A stretch of DNA of 64,000 nucleotides from Gammaproteobacteria bacterium (GTDB lineage: Bacteria; Pseudomonadota; Gammaproteobacteria; Arenicellales; Poriferihabitantaceae), in assembly GCA_009842505.1 (NCBI GenBank), contig VYFG01000145.1, forward strand, positions 7,151 through 71,150. Direction: 5' to 3'. The notes beneath the pieces were generated by a model. That model ran no database searches. It saw nothing but the letters and a program-made list of their open reading frames with translations, and was not told the DNA's origin. Numbering within the stretch: the stretch's first letter is position 1; each line of letters opens with the position of its first letter. Of the stretch, positions 25,105-35,817 are shown one piece after another. A program made the translations under genes and the position numbers.

Positions 25105-26643
25105 ATGACAACCAAGTCCCCCCATACCTACCTGACCGACATCCTCAATGCCCGGGTGTACGATGTTGCCCGCGAAACGGCGCTCGATCATGCGCGGCTT
25201 TTATCGGACCGCCTGGACAATCACGTCCTGCTGAAGCGGGAAGATCAACAGCCCGTGTTTTGCTACAAGATACGGGGCGCCTACAACAAGATGGCATCCC
25301 TGCCGAAAGCCCAGCTCCGCCGCGGCGTTGTGGCGGCATCCGCCGGCAACCATGCCATTGGTGTGGCGATGAGCGCCCATCAGCTGGGCTGCCGTGCCAT
25401 CGTGGTGATGCCCCAGACCGCACCCGCGGTGAAGGTCGAGGCCGTGGAACGCTGGGGTGCGGAGGTGCGGCTGGTCGGTGACAGTTTCGACGGTGCGTCA
25501 GAATACGCAACAAACCTGTCGCGCAGGGAGAACAGGCTGCTGATTTCACCGTTCGACGACCCCGCCATCATCGCGGGCCAGGGAACCGTGGGCATGGAAA
25601 TCCTCAAGCAGAGCCTTAACCCCGTCGACGCAATCTTCCTGCCGGTGGGCGGCGGTGGACTGACCGCGGGGGTGGCGGTCTATGTCAAGCAGGTCCAGCC
25701 CGGCGTGCGCATCATCGGCGTAGAGCCGGAGGATTCCGATGCCATGTACAGGTCAGTGAAGGCGGGCAGGCGGCTGAAGCTGAAACAGGTGGGTATCTTC
25801 GCCGATGGCGTTGCCGTCAAGCAGGTGGGCAAGGAGACGTTCCGGCTCTGCCGGGACATGGTGGACGAGTTCATTCGGGTCAGCACGGACGAAATCTGTG
25901 CCGCGGTCAAGGACATTTTCGAGGATACCCGGACCCTGGTGGAACCGTCGGGCGCACTCGGGATCGCTGGCGTCAAGCGATGGCTCAAGGAGCAGGAAGA
26001 CAGGGGCAGGACAGTCCGGGGCAAGAACCTGGTGGCGGTGTGTTCCGGCGCCAACATCAATTTCGACCGCCTGCGCCACATCTCGGAACGTGCCGAAATC
26101 GGCGAGCGCCGCGAGGCCATCCTGGCTGTGACCATACCCGAAAGGCCGGGCTCGTTCCGGCGCTTCTGCAGCTTCATCGGCAACCGGCAGGTGTCGGAAT
26201 TCAACTATCGCTATGCGACCGACGAGTGTGCGCATATCTTTGTCGGCGTCCAGATCAAGGAAAGGGACGAGATCGAGAAACTTGTCACCAAGCTTGAATC
26301 GGTAGGCTTCCCCACGCTGGACCTGACCGACAACGAGGTCGCCAAGGTGCATGCGCGGCACATGGTGGGCGGCCGCGCGCCGGGACTCGAACACGAACGC
26401 ATTTTCAGTTTCGAGATTCCCGAACGTGTCGGGGCGTTGCGGGAATTCCTTGACCAACTGGGTTCGAATTTCAATATCACGCTGTTCCACTACCGCCACC
26501 ACGGCGCCGACTTCGGACGGGTCCTGTGCGGAATCGCGGTGCCTCCCGAAGGCCGGACGGCATTCAAGGGCTTTTTGCGCAACCTCGGGTATTCCTACCG
26601 CGAGGAAACCGGCAACCCGGTGTATCGGTTGTTCCTGTCCTGA
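25105..26643 (+). CDS. ilvA: Biosynthetic threonine ammonia-lyase (threonine dehydratase)
   Basis: 512 aa. PLP lysine motif FCYKIRGAYNKM and GNHAIGVA, plus two C-terminal ACT-like regulatory repeats. Confidence 0.92.
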   Translation: MTTKSPHTYLTDILNARVYDVARETALDHARLLSDRLDNHVLLKREDQQPVFCYKIRGAYNKMASLPKAQLRRGVVAASAGNHAIGVAMSAHQLGCRAIVVMPQTAPAVKVEAVERWGAEVRLVGDSFDGASEYATNLSRRENRLLISPFDDPAIIAGQGTVGMEILKQSLNPVDAIFLPVGGGGLTAGVAVYVKQVQPGVRIIGVEPEDSDAMYRSVKAGRRLKLKQVGIFADGVAVKQVGKETFRLCRDMVDEFIRVSTDEICAAVKDIFEDTRTLVEPSGALGIAGVKRWLKEQEDRGRTVRGKNLVAVCSGANINFDRLRHISERAEIGERREAILAVTIPERPGSFRRFCSFIGNRQVSEFNYRYATDECAHIFVGVQIKERDEIEKLVTKLESVGFPTLDLTDNEVAKVHARHMVGGRAPGLEHERIFSFEIPERVGALREFLDQLGSNFNITLFHYRHHGADFGRVLCGIAVPPEGRTAFKGFLRNLGYSYREETGNPVYRLFLS

Positions 26644-26653
26644 GCGCGGATAC

Positions 26654-26878
26654 ATGAGCAGACGCAAACAAGGCGAGAAATCCCGGCTGGTCGGCATCTT
26701 CAGCATGCCGGGCGAGGGGCTGGTCGTGGAACTCGGGCTGGACAGCGGTACGGCGCTGTTCGACCGCCAGGGGCTGCAGTACCGCATATTGCAGAGAAAG
26801 GGCCAGGGACTCGACACCAGCACGGAGGAAAACGCCCTGACGCAGATGAACAGCTATTCACCGGCCTTTGATGTCTAG
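26654..26878 (+). CDS. Hypothetical small protein (74 aa)
   Basis: MSRRKQGEKSRLVGIFSMPGEGLVVELGLDSGTALFDRQGLQYRIL.... Its stop overlaps the PPTase ATG by 8 nt, suggesting translational coupling. No family recognised and the SD is weak. Confidence 0.35.
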   Translation: MSRRKQGEKSRLVGIFSMPGEGLVVELGLDSGTALFDRQGLQYRILQRKGQGLDTSTEENALTQMNSYSPAFDV

Positions 26879-27677
26879 CGAGCCGGCGCTGAGCGACCAT
26901 GTCGGCATGCTCTCCCTGGATTGGAGGCCTGCTGTTCCCCGGCCCCGCGCCGCCGCGCCGCTGCAGGGTGACATCCACCTGTGGGCCGTTGACCTTGCTT
27001 CCCTCGGCGGCACCCTTTCTGCCTGTCTTACGCCATCCGACATCAGCCGTGGAGAGCGGATCGTCGATGCCGGGAAACGCCGGCTGTATCTCGGCGGCCG
27101 GGCGGGCGCCCGATACCTGCTGTCGGCGTATACCGGCATTCCCGCGAACGACATCCGCTTCGGTTATGGTGCCCGCGGCAAGCCGGAACTGCTTGACGGC
27201 GCCGGCGGCCGGCTCAGGTTCAACTACAGTCTTTCGGGGGACAGGGTCCTGTACGCCCTGGCGGACGACCGGGAACTCGGCGTGGACATCGAAGTGCTGC
27301 CGCGGCGTACCAGCGCGGACTGCCTGGCCGCGAGAAAACTGACCGCCGCGGAACGCACTGCCTGGAATGCCGTGCCGAAGAGACTGCGCAATGACGCCAT
27401 GCTGTGCTGCTGGACACGCAAGGAAGCCTACGGCAAGGCCCTGGGTGTCGGCATCCGCTACAACCTGGGGCAGGTGGCGCTGTTCGACATGCCCGGTTCC
27501 TGCTGGTTCGATACGCCGCGGGCCGGACTTTTTTCCGGCACGGACACCAGCGGCATGCCCGCCTCGTTTGCGGGGGTGCAGGTCAAAATGCCTTTCCCGG
27601 CAGTTGCCGCCCTGGTGTATCCGGGTGACGGACGGGACCGTCCGCCCATCAGGTCATGGCAACTGGACATCCGCTGA
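26871..27677 (+). CDS. Sfp-type 4'-phosphopantetheinyl transferase
   Basis: Motifs GARGKPEL, FNYSLSGD, LGVDIE and WTRKEAYGKALG. Confidence 0.8.
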   Translation: MSSEPALSDHVGMLSLDWRPAVPRPRAAAPLQGDIHLWAVDLASLGGTLSACLTPSDISRGERIVDAGKRRLYLGGRAGARYLLSAYTGIPANDIRFGYGARGKPELLDGAGGRLRFNYSLSGDRVLYALADDRELGVDIEVLPRRTSADCLAARKLTAAERTAWNAVPKRLRNDAMLCCWTRKEAYGKALGVGIRYNLGQVALFDMPGSCWFDTPRAGLFSGTDTSGMPASFAGVQVKMPFPAVAALVYPGDGRDRPPIRSWQLDIR

Positions 27678-27716
27678 ACCAGGGGAGCACATGCACAATC
27701 CGTCAGGTATCCGGAC

Positions 27717-28829
27717 ATGAAATTCGTGGATCTCGATGCGCAGTTCCGGCGCCTCGAAACCGACATCCGTGGCGCGATCGATGCCGTATTTGCACACGGT
27801 CAGTACATCATGGGGCCGGAGGTCTATGCCCTGGAGGATGAACTCGCCGAGTATTGCGGTGCGGGGCACGTGGTCAGCGCCGCAAGCGGCTTCGATGCCC
27901 TGCTGATGTCCCTGATGAGTTACGGTGTCGGCCCCGGCGACGCGGTGATCGTGCCGTCGTTCACGTTTGTGGCCACCGCTGAAGTGATCCAGCTGCTGGG
28001 CGCCACGGTGGTTTTTGTCGACGTGGAGGCCGCCACGTTCAACATCGACGTGAACCGGCTAGAGGAAACCGTCGGGCGGATCAGGCGGCAGGGCAGGATC
28101 AACCTCAGGGGCATCATACCGGTGGACCTTTTCGGCCTGCCCGCAGACTACGGGGCGATCAGCGAGATCGCCGCACGGCATGACCTGTTCGTGCTGGCTG
28201 ACTCCGCCCAGAGCTTCGGGGGCGGCAGGGAAGGCCGCAGGGTCGGCACGTTCGGTGATCTCGCCGCCACCAGTTTCTTCCCGGCGAAGCCGTTCGGCTG
28301 CTACGGGGATGGCGGCGCGGTCTTCACCGATGACGGGGAGCGGGCCGAAGTGCTCAGGTCCATACGCTTTCATGGCATGGGCACCAGCCAGTACGACAAC
28401 GTCCGCACCGGCATCACCGGCCGGCTGGATACCATTCAGGCAGCGGTACTGCGCTGCAAGCTCAAGGTGCTGGATGATGAAATCGCCGCCAGGCAGAAGG
28501 TGGCGGAGCGATATACCCGCAGGCTTGCCGACCTGGTGGCGACGCCGGTCATTCCCGCGAACTGCACCACGACCTGGGCGCAGTACACGCTCCGCTCCAC
28601 CGAGAGGGACCGAATCCGCAAGGTCCTGGATGACGGTGGCATCCCCTCGGCAGTCTACTATCCCTGCCCCCTGCACCGTCAGCCCGCGTACAGCGGAGCG
28701 GTAGGAGCCGGCGTCAGCCTGCCGGTTTCCGATCTCCTGGCAAACGAGGTGTTCAGCCTGCCCATGCATCCGTACCTCGAACCATCGGACCAGGACAGGA
28801 TCATCGACACGATTCGGCGCGCATTCTGA
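27717..28829 (+). CDS. DegT/DnrJ/EryC1/StrS-family PLP-dependent sugar aminotransferase
   Basis: 370 aa. N-terminus FVDLDAQFRRLETDIRGAIDAVFAHGQYIMGPEV, plus VPSFTFVATAEVI and a PLP-lysine region FFPAKPFGCYGDGG. Confidence 0.85.
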   Translation: MKFVDLDAQFRRLETDIRGAIDAVFAHGQYIMGPEVYALEDELAEYCGAGHVVSAASGFDALLMSLMSYGVGPGDAVIVPSFTFVATAEVIQLLGATVVFVDVEAATFNIDVNRLEETVGRIRRQGRINLRGIIPVDLFGLPADYGAISEIAARHDLFVLADSAQSFGGGREGRRVGTFGDLAATSFFPAKPFGCYGDGGAVFTDDGERAEVLRSIRFHGMGTSQYDNVRTGITGRLDTIQAAVLRCKLKVLDDEIAARQKVAERYTRRLADLVATPVIPANCTTTWAQYTLRSTERDRIRKVLDDGGIPSAVYYPCPLHRQPAYSGAVGAGVSLPVSDLLANEVFSLPMHPYLEPSDQDRIIDTIRRAF

Positions 28830-29009
28830 CCCGGGCAGGGAAGCGGGCGTGGTATTGCGCGCCGCACGTCCGGTGAGCCGGCGTGACCCGCTGCCGGATG
28901 ACGGCATTCCGGAATATAACCGAATGCCCACCGCCGTCGGGGCTACTGCCGGATGGGTTCCGCCCGGAGCCCTTCAGGGGAGCGTTGTTGTCCGCTTTCC
29001 GCCCGGTTT

Positions 29010-31412
29010 CTATTTGGCCGCCCTGGTAGAGGCCGCTTTCTTCTTCCCGGATTTCTTCTTCCCGGTTTTTTTCTTCGCGACCTTGCGCGCGGCCGCTTTC
29101 TTCCTGGCGGCCTTCTTCCTGCCCCGGGCGGGCTTGCCTTCCTTCAGAAGCTCTTCACAGTCCTCCAGGGTCAGGGTCTTTGGTTCCACCACATCCTTGG
29201 GTACCCTGGCGTTGACGCTCCCGTTGGTGATGTAGGGTCCGTAGCGGCCGTTCAGCACCTGGACCCCGGCTTCCTCGAAGTTGAGGATGATGCGATTCGC
29301 ATCCGCTTGCTTTTTTTCCGACACCAGTTGCAGCACGGTTTCCCGGTCCACGGTGAGCGGGTCATGGTCCTTGCCGAGGGATACGAACTTGTCGCCATAG
29401 CGGACATAGGGGCCAAACCGGCCGATGGCCACGGTCAGCGGTTCGCCCTCGGGTGTTTCACCCATGCCCCGTGGCAGCCGGAACAGGTCCAGTGCCTCCT
29501 GAAGGGAAATCACGTCCAGCTTCTGTTCCGGCCTCAGGCTGGCGAAACTGGGCTTTTCATCGTCCTCGCGGGTGCCGATCTGGGCATAAGGCCCATACCG
29601 GCCGAGGCGCACGGATACCGGCTTCCCAGTCTTCGGGTCCTCTCCGAGAACGCGGGCCTGGATCGCATCCTGCCGACTGACGGTCTCCGTCTTCTCCTCG
29701 ATCTGTTTCTCGAAGGCGCCCCAGAAGTCCCGCATCAGCGGCACCCATTGCTTCTCGCCGCGGGATATTTCGTCCAGGGCATCCTCCATACGTGCCGTGA
29801 ACTCGTAGTCAACGTACTGCGTGAAGTGCCGGGAAAGAAAGTGGTTGACGATCTTGCCGAGGTCAGTGGCTTCGAAACGCCGTTTCTCCAGCGTGACGTA
29901 TTCCTGCTTGAGCAGGGTGCCGATGATGCTGGTCCAGGTGGAAGGTCGGCCGATGCCGTATTCTTCCAGGGTTTTGACCAGGGAAGCCTCGTTGTAGCGG
30001 GGAGGCGGCTCGGTGAAGTGCTGCTCCGGCCTTACCTGCTTCAGAGCCACGGCGTCCCCTTCCCGCATTGGGGGCAGAACGATGTCCTTGTCGGTCTTGT
30101 CCTTCCTGTCATCCCGCCCTTCCTTGTACACGGACATGTATCCCGGCACCCGGACGGTGCGTCCCGTGGCGCGGAAAACGCCAGCGTCCCCTGCCGAGAG
30201 ATCCACCGTCACCGTGTCGATGATGGCAGGAATCATCTGGCAGGCCATGGTCCGTTTCCAGATCAGGTCGTACAGACGGTATTGGTCGTCGGAGAGCGCG
30301 CCCCGGAGGCTTTCCGGAATCCGTTCCACAGACGTGGGACGGATCGCTTCGTGGGCCTCCTGGGCATTCTTGGACCTGTTCCTGAAGGTATTGGGCCCGG
30401 CCGGCACCATGTTCGCGCCGAAACGTTTCGCGATCAGCCCCCGGATTTCCGCCACCGCCACGTTGGCCAGCACCACCGAGTCGGTTCGCATGTAGGTGAT
30501 GAGTCCGGCTGAACCGGAACCGGTGTCGATCCCTTCGTACAACTGCTGGGCCGTTTGCATCGTCCGCCGGGTGCTGAACCCGAGCTTTCGCGAAGCCTCC
30601 TGCTGCAGCGTGGAGGTGGTGAACGGCGGCTTGGGGGAGTCCCTGGTTTCCCTTCTGGCAACCGATTCGACCCGCAGGCGTCCGTCCGCCGCCTCGGTCA
30701 GGCGGCGTTCGACCTCCGCCGCCCTGGTACTGTCGGTGATGGAAAACTTGGCCAGCTTCTCGCCTTCGAACCGGCGCAGTTTGCTGACGAACTCCGCGCC
30801 TTCGGCGACGCAGTCAGCCTCGATGGTCCAGTATTCCTGCGGAACGAAGCGTGCAATCTCCTCGTCCCGCTCGCAGATCAGCCGCAGGGCCGGGCTTTGC
30901 ACCCGGCCCGCGGAAAGACCGGCCCGGATCTTCTTCCACAACAGCGGCGACAGGTTGAATCCCACCAGGCGATCCAGTGCGCGGCGGGCCTGGTAGGCGT
31001 CGATCAGGTTGTGTGACAGGGCGCGCGGGTTCTGTACCGCATGGCGGATCGCCTCCCGGGTAATCTCGTGAAACTCGACCCGGTATACGGGCTTGTCCTC
31101 AATCAGGTTGCGCTCCTTGAGAAGTTCATACAGGTGCCAGGAGATCGCCTCTCCCTCACGGTCCGGGTCGGTGGCCAGATACAGGGCATCGGCCTTTTTC
31201 ATCGCCCGGGCTATGGAGTCGACATGTTTCCTGCTGCCCTCGATGACCTCATATCTCATCTCGAAGTCCTGCTCCGGATCCACGGCATTTTCCTTGCGCG
31301 GGAGATCCCGCACGTGGCCGTAGGACGCCAGCGCGACAAAATCGTTGCCGAGATAGCGCGACATTGAGCGCGCCTTAGCCGGCGATTCGACGATAATTAA
31401 CGGCTTGCCCAT
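29010..31412 (-). CDS. topA: DNA topoisomerase I, zinc-finger-less C-terminal repeat type with a Lys-rich tail
   Basis: Toprim domain IIVESPAKA...YGHVRDLP. The C-terminal region has three GR(Y/F)GPY repeats and no Cys4 motifs. The tail is KPARGRKKAARKKAAARKVAKKKTGKKKSGKKK. Confidence 0.95.
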   Translation of the reverse strand: MGKPLIIVESPAKARSMSRYLGNDFVALASYGHVRDLPRKENAVDPEQDFEMRYEVIEGSRKHVDSIARAMKKADALYLATDPDREGEAISWHLYELLKERNLIEDKPVYRVEFHEITREAIRHAVQNPRALSHNLIDAYQARRALDRLVGFNLSPLLWKKIRAGLSAGRVQSPALRLICERDEEIARFVPQEYWTIEADCVAEGAEFVSKLRRFEGEKLAKFSITDSTRAAEVERRLTEAADGRLRVESVARRETRDSPKPPFTTSTLQQEASRKLGFSTRRTMQTAQQLYEGIDTGSGSAGLITYMRTDSVVLANVAVAEIRGLIAKRFGANMVPAGPNTFRNRSKNAQEAHEAIRPTSVERIPESLRGALSDDQYRLYDLIWKRTMACQMIPAIIDTVTVDLSAGDAGVFRATGRTVRVPGYMSVYKEGRDDRKDKTDKDIVLPPMREGDAVALKQVRPEQHFTEPPPRYNEASLVKTLEEYGIGRPSTWTSIIGTLLKQEYVTLEKRRFEATDLGKIVNHFLSRHFTQYVDYEFTARMEDALDEISRGEKQWVPLMRDFWGAFEKQIEEKTETVSRQDAIQARVLGEDPKTGKPVSVRLGRYGPYAQIGTREDDEKPSFASLRPEQKLDVISLQEALDLFRLPRGMGETPEGEPLTVAIGRFGPYVRYGDKFVSLGKDHDPLTVDRETVLQLVSEKKQADANRIILNFEEAGVQVLNGRYGPYITNGSVNARVPKDVVEPKTLTLEDCEELLKEGKPARGRKKAARKKAAARKVAKKKTGKKKSGKKKAASTRAAK

Positions 31413-31445
31413 CGGGACAACGGAGCAGACAGATAACGCGGAATG

Positions 31446-31934
31446 TCAGTGGATGCAGGCGTGCAGGCCGTCGAGCACCAGGGTTTCCGTCAGTTCGCTG
31501 ATCCCTTCGCCGCCGGTGTAGTTGCTGAGCACCATGAGGATCACCCACTTGATATGGTCCAGCTCCACCTGCTCCACGCCGAGGGCCATCAGCTGGTCGA
31601 TCACCATCTCCCGGGTAGTCCCGTTCAGCACGCCGCATTGCTCCAGGCTGAGCAGGAGCCCCCGGGCTTCCAGGTTGAGATGCTCGCATTCCTCGGGCGT
31701 GTAGTGGCGGACGGCGCCGGCAGGACCGATCGAATTCTCTTCCGGGTTCTGTTCGCACAGCCGGGCCAGGTTCTCGAGCCAGTCAAATGCCTGGTCGATC
31801 ATTGCATGTTCGAATCCTGCCTGGCTCAGTTCCAGCGCTAGGGTTTCCTGGTCCGGCTCGTAGCCGTCGTCATCAAACATATAGTTTTCAAACAGATAGA
31901 TCAGGACATCGAGCAGGCTTTCTTTCATCGACAC
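31446..31934 (-). CDS. smg: Smg (DUF494) protein
   Basis: LLDVLIYLFENYMFDDDGYEPDQETLALELSQAGF is the conserved Smg N-terminus. Sits in the canonical position upstream of topA. Confidence 0.85.
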   Translation of the reverse strand: MSMKESLLDVLIYLFENYMFDDDGYEPDQETLALELSQAGFEHAMIDQAFDWLENLARLCEQNPEENSIGPAGAVRHYTPEECEHLNLEARGLLLSLEQCGVLNGTTREMVIDQLMALGVEQVELDHIKWVILMVLSNYTGGEGISELTETLVLDGLHACIH

Positions 31935-32522
31935 GGAAAATTTCGGTTGATCGGGGGCTCTCCCGCTGACAGGCGTTGGTGTCCCTGGGTGAATCGGAAG
32001 CCGTTCCCTGCAATACCTCCTATACTAGAATGGAGGAAACTTGGCCCGCCGTCAATCCGTTGGGTTCAATTATTTTTTCAGGTGTGATCCGGGCGGAAAC
32101 GGACCGGGCTGCCGTATGGGCAGGCGGGGAGGCGCCGCCAGGGGCCTTTGTGTGCGTGGCCGGCGGGCCGGACTCCCGGGACACAGGCCTGTCCTTCCGG
32201 CGCGGGACTAAGGACCCGTTGTCAGTCCCTGGTTTCCACGGGACTGAAAACGTCACGGTTTCCTACAAATGGCTGTCGTTTGCGGGTAGAATAGATCGTC
32301 CCAAGCGAGTGGATACCGCCCTTACGCCTTCCCGATTTCTGTGAAAGTGCATCCCCGTTCCAGGGTGACTTTCGCCTGCGGCATCACCCCGGAACGGTCG
32401 TCGCGTCTCCGGATACCCGTGCCTTTCGAAAGATACCCGTCAACTCACCCAGTTCACCTTCGATAGACGACCTGCAGTGTTTGACCCCCGGTTGCGCAAG
32501 GATACCCGCCAGCACCTCCGTC

Positions 32523-33113
32523 ATGACTGAACGAACCGCAGAAATATCCCGCAATACTGCGGAAACCCGCATTACCGTGAGGCTCAACCTGGACGGTTCC
32601 GGAAAGGGCAGCTTCAAGACAGGCGTACCCTTTCTCGAGCACATGCTGGACCAGGTGGCAAGGCACGGCGTGGTGGACCTGTCCGTGGACGCGGAGGGGG
32701 ACCTGCATATCGACGACCACCACACGGTGGAGGATATCGGCATCACCATCGGCCAGGCGGTTGCGGCGGCCCTGGGGGACAAGGCGGGAATCCGCCGCTA
32801 TGGCCATGCTTATGTCCCCCTTGATGAAGCCCTGAGCAGGGTGGTCATCGATTTCTCCGGTCGGCCGTTGCTGGTCCAGCACGTCTCCTGGCCCGATGCC
32901 ATGGTCGGCCGTTTCGCCACCACCCTGGTGCACGAGTTCTTTCAGGGATTCTGCAACCATGCCCATGCGACCCTGCATGTGGACAACCTCCGGGGCGCCA
33001 ATTCCCACCACATTGCCGAAACCATGTTCAAGGCGTTCGGGCGGGCCCTCAGAATGGCCGCCGAGATCGATCCGCGCATGTGCGGCGTGCCATCCACGAA
33101 GGGACAGCTATAG
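32523..33113 (+). CDS. hisB: Imidazoleglycerol-phosphate dehydratase
   Basis: [32 protein letters not shown] and HHTVEDIGI. Start placed at MTERTAEI (ATG at 32523). Confidence 0.9.
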   Translation: MTERTAEISRNTAETRITVRLNLDGSGKGSFKTGVPFLEHMLDQVARHGVVDLSVDAEGDLHIDDHHTVEDIGITIGQAVAAALGDKAGIRRYGHAYVPLDEALSRVVIDFSGRPLLVQHVSWPDAMVGRFATTLVHEFFQGFCNHAHATLHVDNLRGANSHHIAETMFKAFGRALRMAAEIDPRMCGVPSTKGQL

Positions 33114-33137
33114 CCCCGGCCCAGAGGGAACAGGCAA

Positions 33138-33800
33138 ATGCCCGCCGTGGTCATCGTCAATCTGGGTACCGGCAACCTGTATTCCGTATACAAGGCCCTC
33201 GTGCATGTGGGCGCCGGTGATGTCAGGATCAGCTCGAATCCTTCGGAGATCCGCAACGCCGGCCATCTGGTGCTGCCGGGACAGGGCGCGATCGGCACCT
33301 GGATGCGCCAGCTTGGGAAACAGCCGGAACTGGCAGCGGCAGTCAGGGCCCGTCTGGACGATGGTCCGGTGCTCGGCATCTGTCTCGGGCTGCAGGCCCT
33401 GTACGCATACAGCGAGGAAAACGGCGGGGTGGCATGCCTCGGCCTCCTCGATGGCGAGGTGCGTCATTTCGCCGCATCCCGCGGACAGGCGGATGCGGCA
33501 GCGCACCGGGGAGACGGCCGCCGGAAAATTCCGCATATGGGATGGAACCAGGTGCAGCAGACGTCCGGCCATCCCCTCTGGCGGGGAATAGACGACCAGC
33601 GGCGGTTCTATTTCGTGCACAGCTACTACGTGGAAGCCAACAACGAGCACGAGGTAGCGGGCACCTGCACGTACGGCAACCGTTTCACCGCCGCGGCAAC
33701 CCGCGACAATCTTTTCGCCACGCAGTTTCATCCGGAAAAAAGCCAGAGGGACGGTTTGCGCCTGTTGCAAAACTTCATTCATTGGAAAGGGGTTCACTGA
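33138..33800 (+). CDS. hisH: Imidazole glycerol phosphate synthase, glutamine amidotransferase subunit
   Basis: [12 protein letters not shown], catalytic Cys in [19 protein letters not shown]. Confidence 0.9.
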   Translation: MPAVVIVNLGTGNLYSVYKALVHVGAGDVRISSNPSEIRNAGHLVLPGQGAIGTWMRQLGKQPELAAAVRARLDDGPVLGICLGLQALYAYSEENGGVACLGLLDGEVRHFAASRGQADAAAHRGDGRRKIPHMGWNQVQQTSGHPLWRGIDDQRRFYFVHSYYVEANNEHEVAGTCTYGNRFTAAATRDNLFATQFHPEKSQRDGLRLLQNFIHWKGVH

Positions 33801-33801
33801 C

Positions 33802-34557
33802 ATGCTCTTGATACCTGCAATTGATCTCAAAGACGGCAAATGCGTACGCCTGCGGCAGGGCGACATGCAGGATGTCACGGTGTTTTCGGACCGGCCCGTG
33901 GAAGTGGCCAGGCGCTGGGTGGAGGCAGGGGCCCGAAGGCTTCATATCGTGGATCTTGACGGCGCGTTCCGGGGCGAGCCGGTCAATGCCGACGTCATCC
34001 ATGATATTGCCGAGGAATATCCGGATATGCCCATACAGGTTGGGGGGGGTATCCGCAACGAATCCACCGTGGACGTATATATCCAGGCCGGTGTCCGCTA
34101 CATCATCATCGGCACCCAGGCGGTCAACGAACCCCACCTCATCAGCGACCTGTGCGCGGAATTCCCCACCCACATCATCATCGGCCTGGATGCGAAGGAG
34201 GGCCGTGTGGCGACCGACGGATGGTCCAAGCTGTCCAAGCATGACGCCATCGACATGGCCCGGCATTTCGAGGAGGACGGCGTCGAGGCCATCATTTACA
34301 CCGACATCGCCCGGGACGGCATGATGCAGGGCGTCAACATAGAAGCCACGGTCAAGCTGGCCGAAGCCATCAACATTCCGGTCATTGCCTCCGGAGGCAT
34401 CCACAATATCGAGAACGTCAGGAAACTCGCCAGGGTGTCGGACTCGGGGATCATCGGAGCGATCACCGGGAGGGCCATCTATGAAGGCACTCTGGATTTC
34501 GCCGAGGGCCAGAAAACCGCCGACGAAATCGCCGGACAAAGCGTGTTCGGCCTCTAG
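33802..34557 (+). CDS. hisA: ProFAR isomerase
   Basis: [20 protein letters not shown] and the C-terminal [11 protein letters not shown] motif. Confidence 0.9.
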   Translation: MLLIPAIDLKDGKCVRLRQGDMQDVTVFSDRPVEVARRWVEAGARRLHIVDLDGAFRGEPVNADVIHDIAEEYPDMPIQVGGGIRNESTVDVYIQAGVRYIIIGTQAVNEPHLISDLCAEFPTHIIIGLDAKEGRVATDGWSKLSKHDAIDMARHFEEDGVEAIIYTDIARDGMMQGVNIEATVKLAEAINIPVIASGGIHNIENVRKLARVSDSGIIGAITGRAIYEGTLDFAEGQKTADEIAGQSVFGL

Positions 34558-34583
34558 GCCGGCCAGCGCAGCGATCAGGATTC

Positions 34584-35360
34584 ATGGGTCTCGCCCGCCG
34601 CATTATTCCCTGCCTGGATGTGGACGCTGGCCGGGTGGTGAAAGGCGTACGGTTCGTCGACATCCGGGACGCGGGAGATCCGGTGGAAGTTGCACGCGGC
34701 TACGACCGCCAGGGCGCGGATGAAATAACGTTCCTCGACATCACCGCCAGTTCCGACCGGCGGGACACGATTGTCCACGTGGTGGAGGCGGTGGCCGGGG
34801 AAGTGTTCATTCCCCTGACCGTGGGCGGGGGGGTCCGTTGCCTGGATGATATCCATCGCCTGCTGGATGCCGGCGCCGACAAGATTTCCATCAACACCTC
34901 GGCGGTGCGGAACCCGGATTTCATCCGGGACGCCAGCGGGCATTTCGGCAACCAGTGCATCGTCGTGGCCATTGACGCCAAACGTGCCCCGGACGAGGGC
35001 GATGGCCGGCGGACGTGGGAGGTGTTCACCCACGGCGGGCGCAACCCCACCGGTATCGATGCAGTGGATTGGGCGCGGAGGATGGAGGATCTGGGCGCCG
35101 GGGAGCTCTTGGTGACCAGTATGGACCGTGACGGTACCCGCAATGGATTCGACCTCGAACTGGTCCGGGAAATGACCTCGGCGGTCAACCTTCCGGTGAT
35201 CGCTTCCGGCGGTGTGGGAAATCTCGATCACCTCTCCGAAGGGGTGATCCAGGGGGGCGCGGATGCCGTGCTTGCAGCCAGCATTTTTCATTTCGGGGAG
35301 CACACCGTCGGAGAGGCCAAGCGGCATATGGCGGCCCGTGGCATCGAGGTCAGGTTGTGA
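34584..35360 (+). CDS. hisF: Imidazole glycerol phosphate synthase, cyclase subunit
   Basis: [37 protein letters not shown]. Confidence 0.92.
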   Translation: MGLARRIIPCLDVDAGRVVKGVRFVDIRDAGDPVEVARGYDRQGADEITFLDITASSDRRDTIVHVVEAVAGEVFIPLTVGGGVRCLDDIHRLLDAGADKISINTSAVRNPDFIRDASGHFGNQCIVVAIDAKRAPDEGDGRRTWEVFTHGGRNPTGIDAVDWARRMEDLGAGELLVTSMDRDGTRNGFDLELVREMTSAVNLPVIASGGVGNLDHLSEGVIQGGADAVLAASIFHFGEHTVGEAKRHMAARGIEVRL

Positions 35361-35421
35361 TTCCGCCAAAGGACCGCAAAATAGTATTCCGGAAAGAACG
35401 AACGGGACAAACCGCAGGAAC

Positions 35422-35817
35422 ATGAACGACGCGCAAATACTGGATGCCATCCGGTGGAACGGGGATGGGCTGGTGGCCGCCATCGCCCAGGAACATGATA
35501 CCGGCAGGGTGCTGATGATGGCCTGGATGAACCGTGAGGCGCTGGCCCTCACCCTCAAGGAGGGCCGTGCCGTCTACTGGTCCCGCTCGCGGGGCAAGCT
35601 GTGGCGCAAGGGGGAGGAGTCCGGACACGTGCAGAAGCTGAAGGAGATCCGCATCGATTGTGATGCCGACGCGGTCCTGATGCAGGTGGAACAGGTGGGC
35701 GGCATCGCTTGTCATACCGGGCGGCACAGCTGTTTCTATCTCAGACAGGAGGAGGGGCAATGGGTGGCGGTGGACCCGGTGCTGAAGGACGCCGGAGAGA
35801 TCTATGGCAAACCCTGA
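35422..35817 (+). CDS. hisI: Phosphoribosyl-AMP cyclohydrolase
   Basis: [26 protein letters not shown] and [12 protein letters not shown]. Start at the internal ATG at 35422 (MNDAQ). Confidence 0.88.
   Translation: MNDAQILDAIRWNGDGLVAAIAQEHDTGRVLMMAWMNREALALTLKEGRAVYWSRSRGKLWRKGEESGHVQKLKEIRIDCDADAVLMQVEQVGGIACHTGRHSCFYLRQEEGQWVAVDPVLKDAGEIYGKP

Noticed and set aside
28903-28928. Hairpin GGCATTCCGG-aatataa-CCGAATGCC between the convergent DegT and topA genes, considered as a terminator
   Set aside because: The stem is imperfect (one bulge) and there is no flanking T/A-tract on either strand. Too weak to call.
31976-32344. 122-aa ORF in the smg-hisB intergenic region
   Set aside because: No family motif, mediocre third-position GC compared with neighbouring genes, and low-complexity segments. 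Kept only as a note in the findings.
31935-32522. His-operon leader peptide/attenuator
   Set aside because: No run of His codons and no alternative terminator/antiterminator hairpins with a U-tract upstream of hisB.
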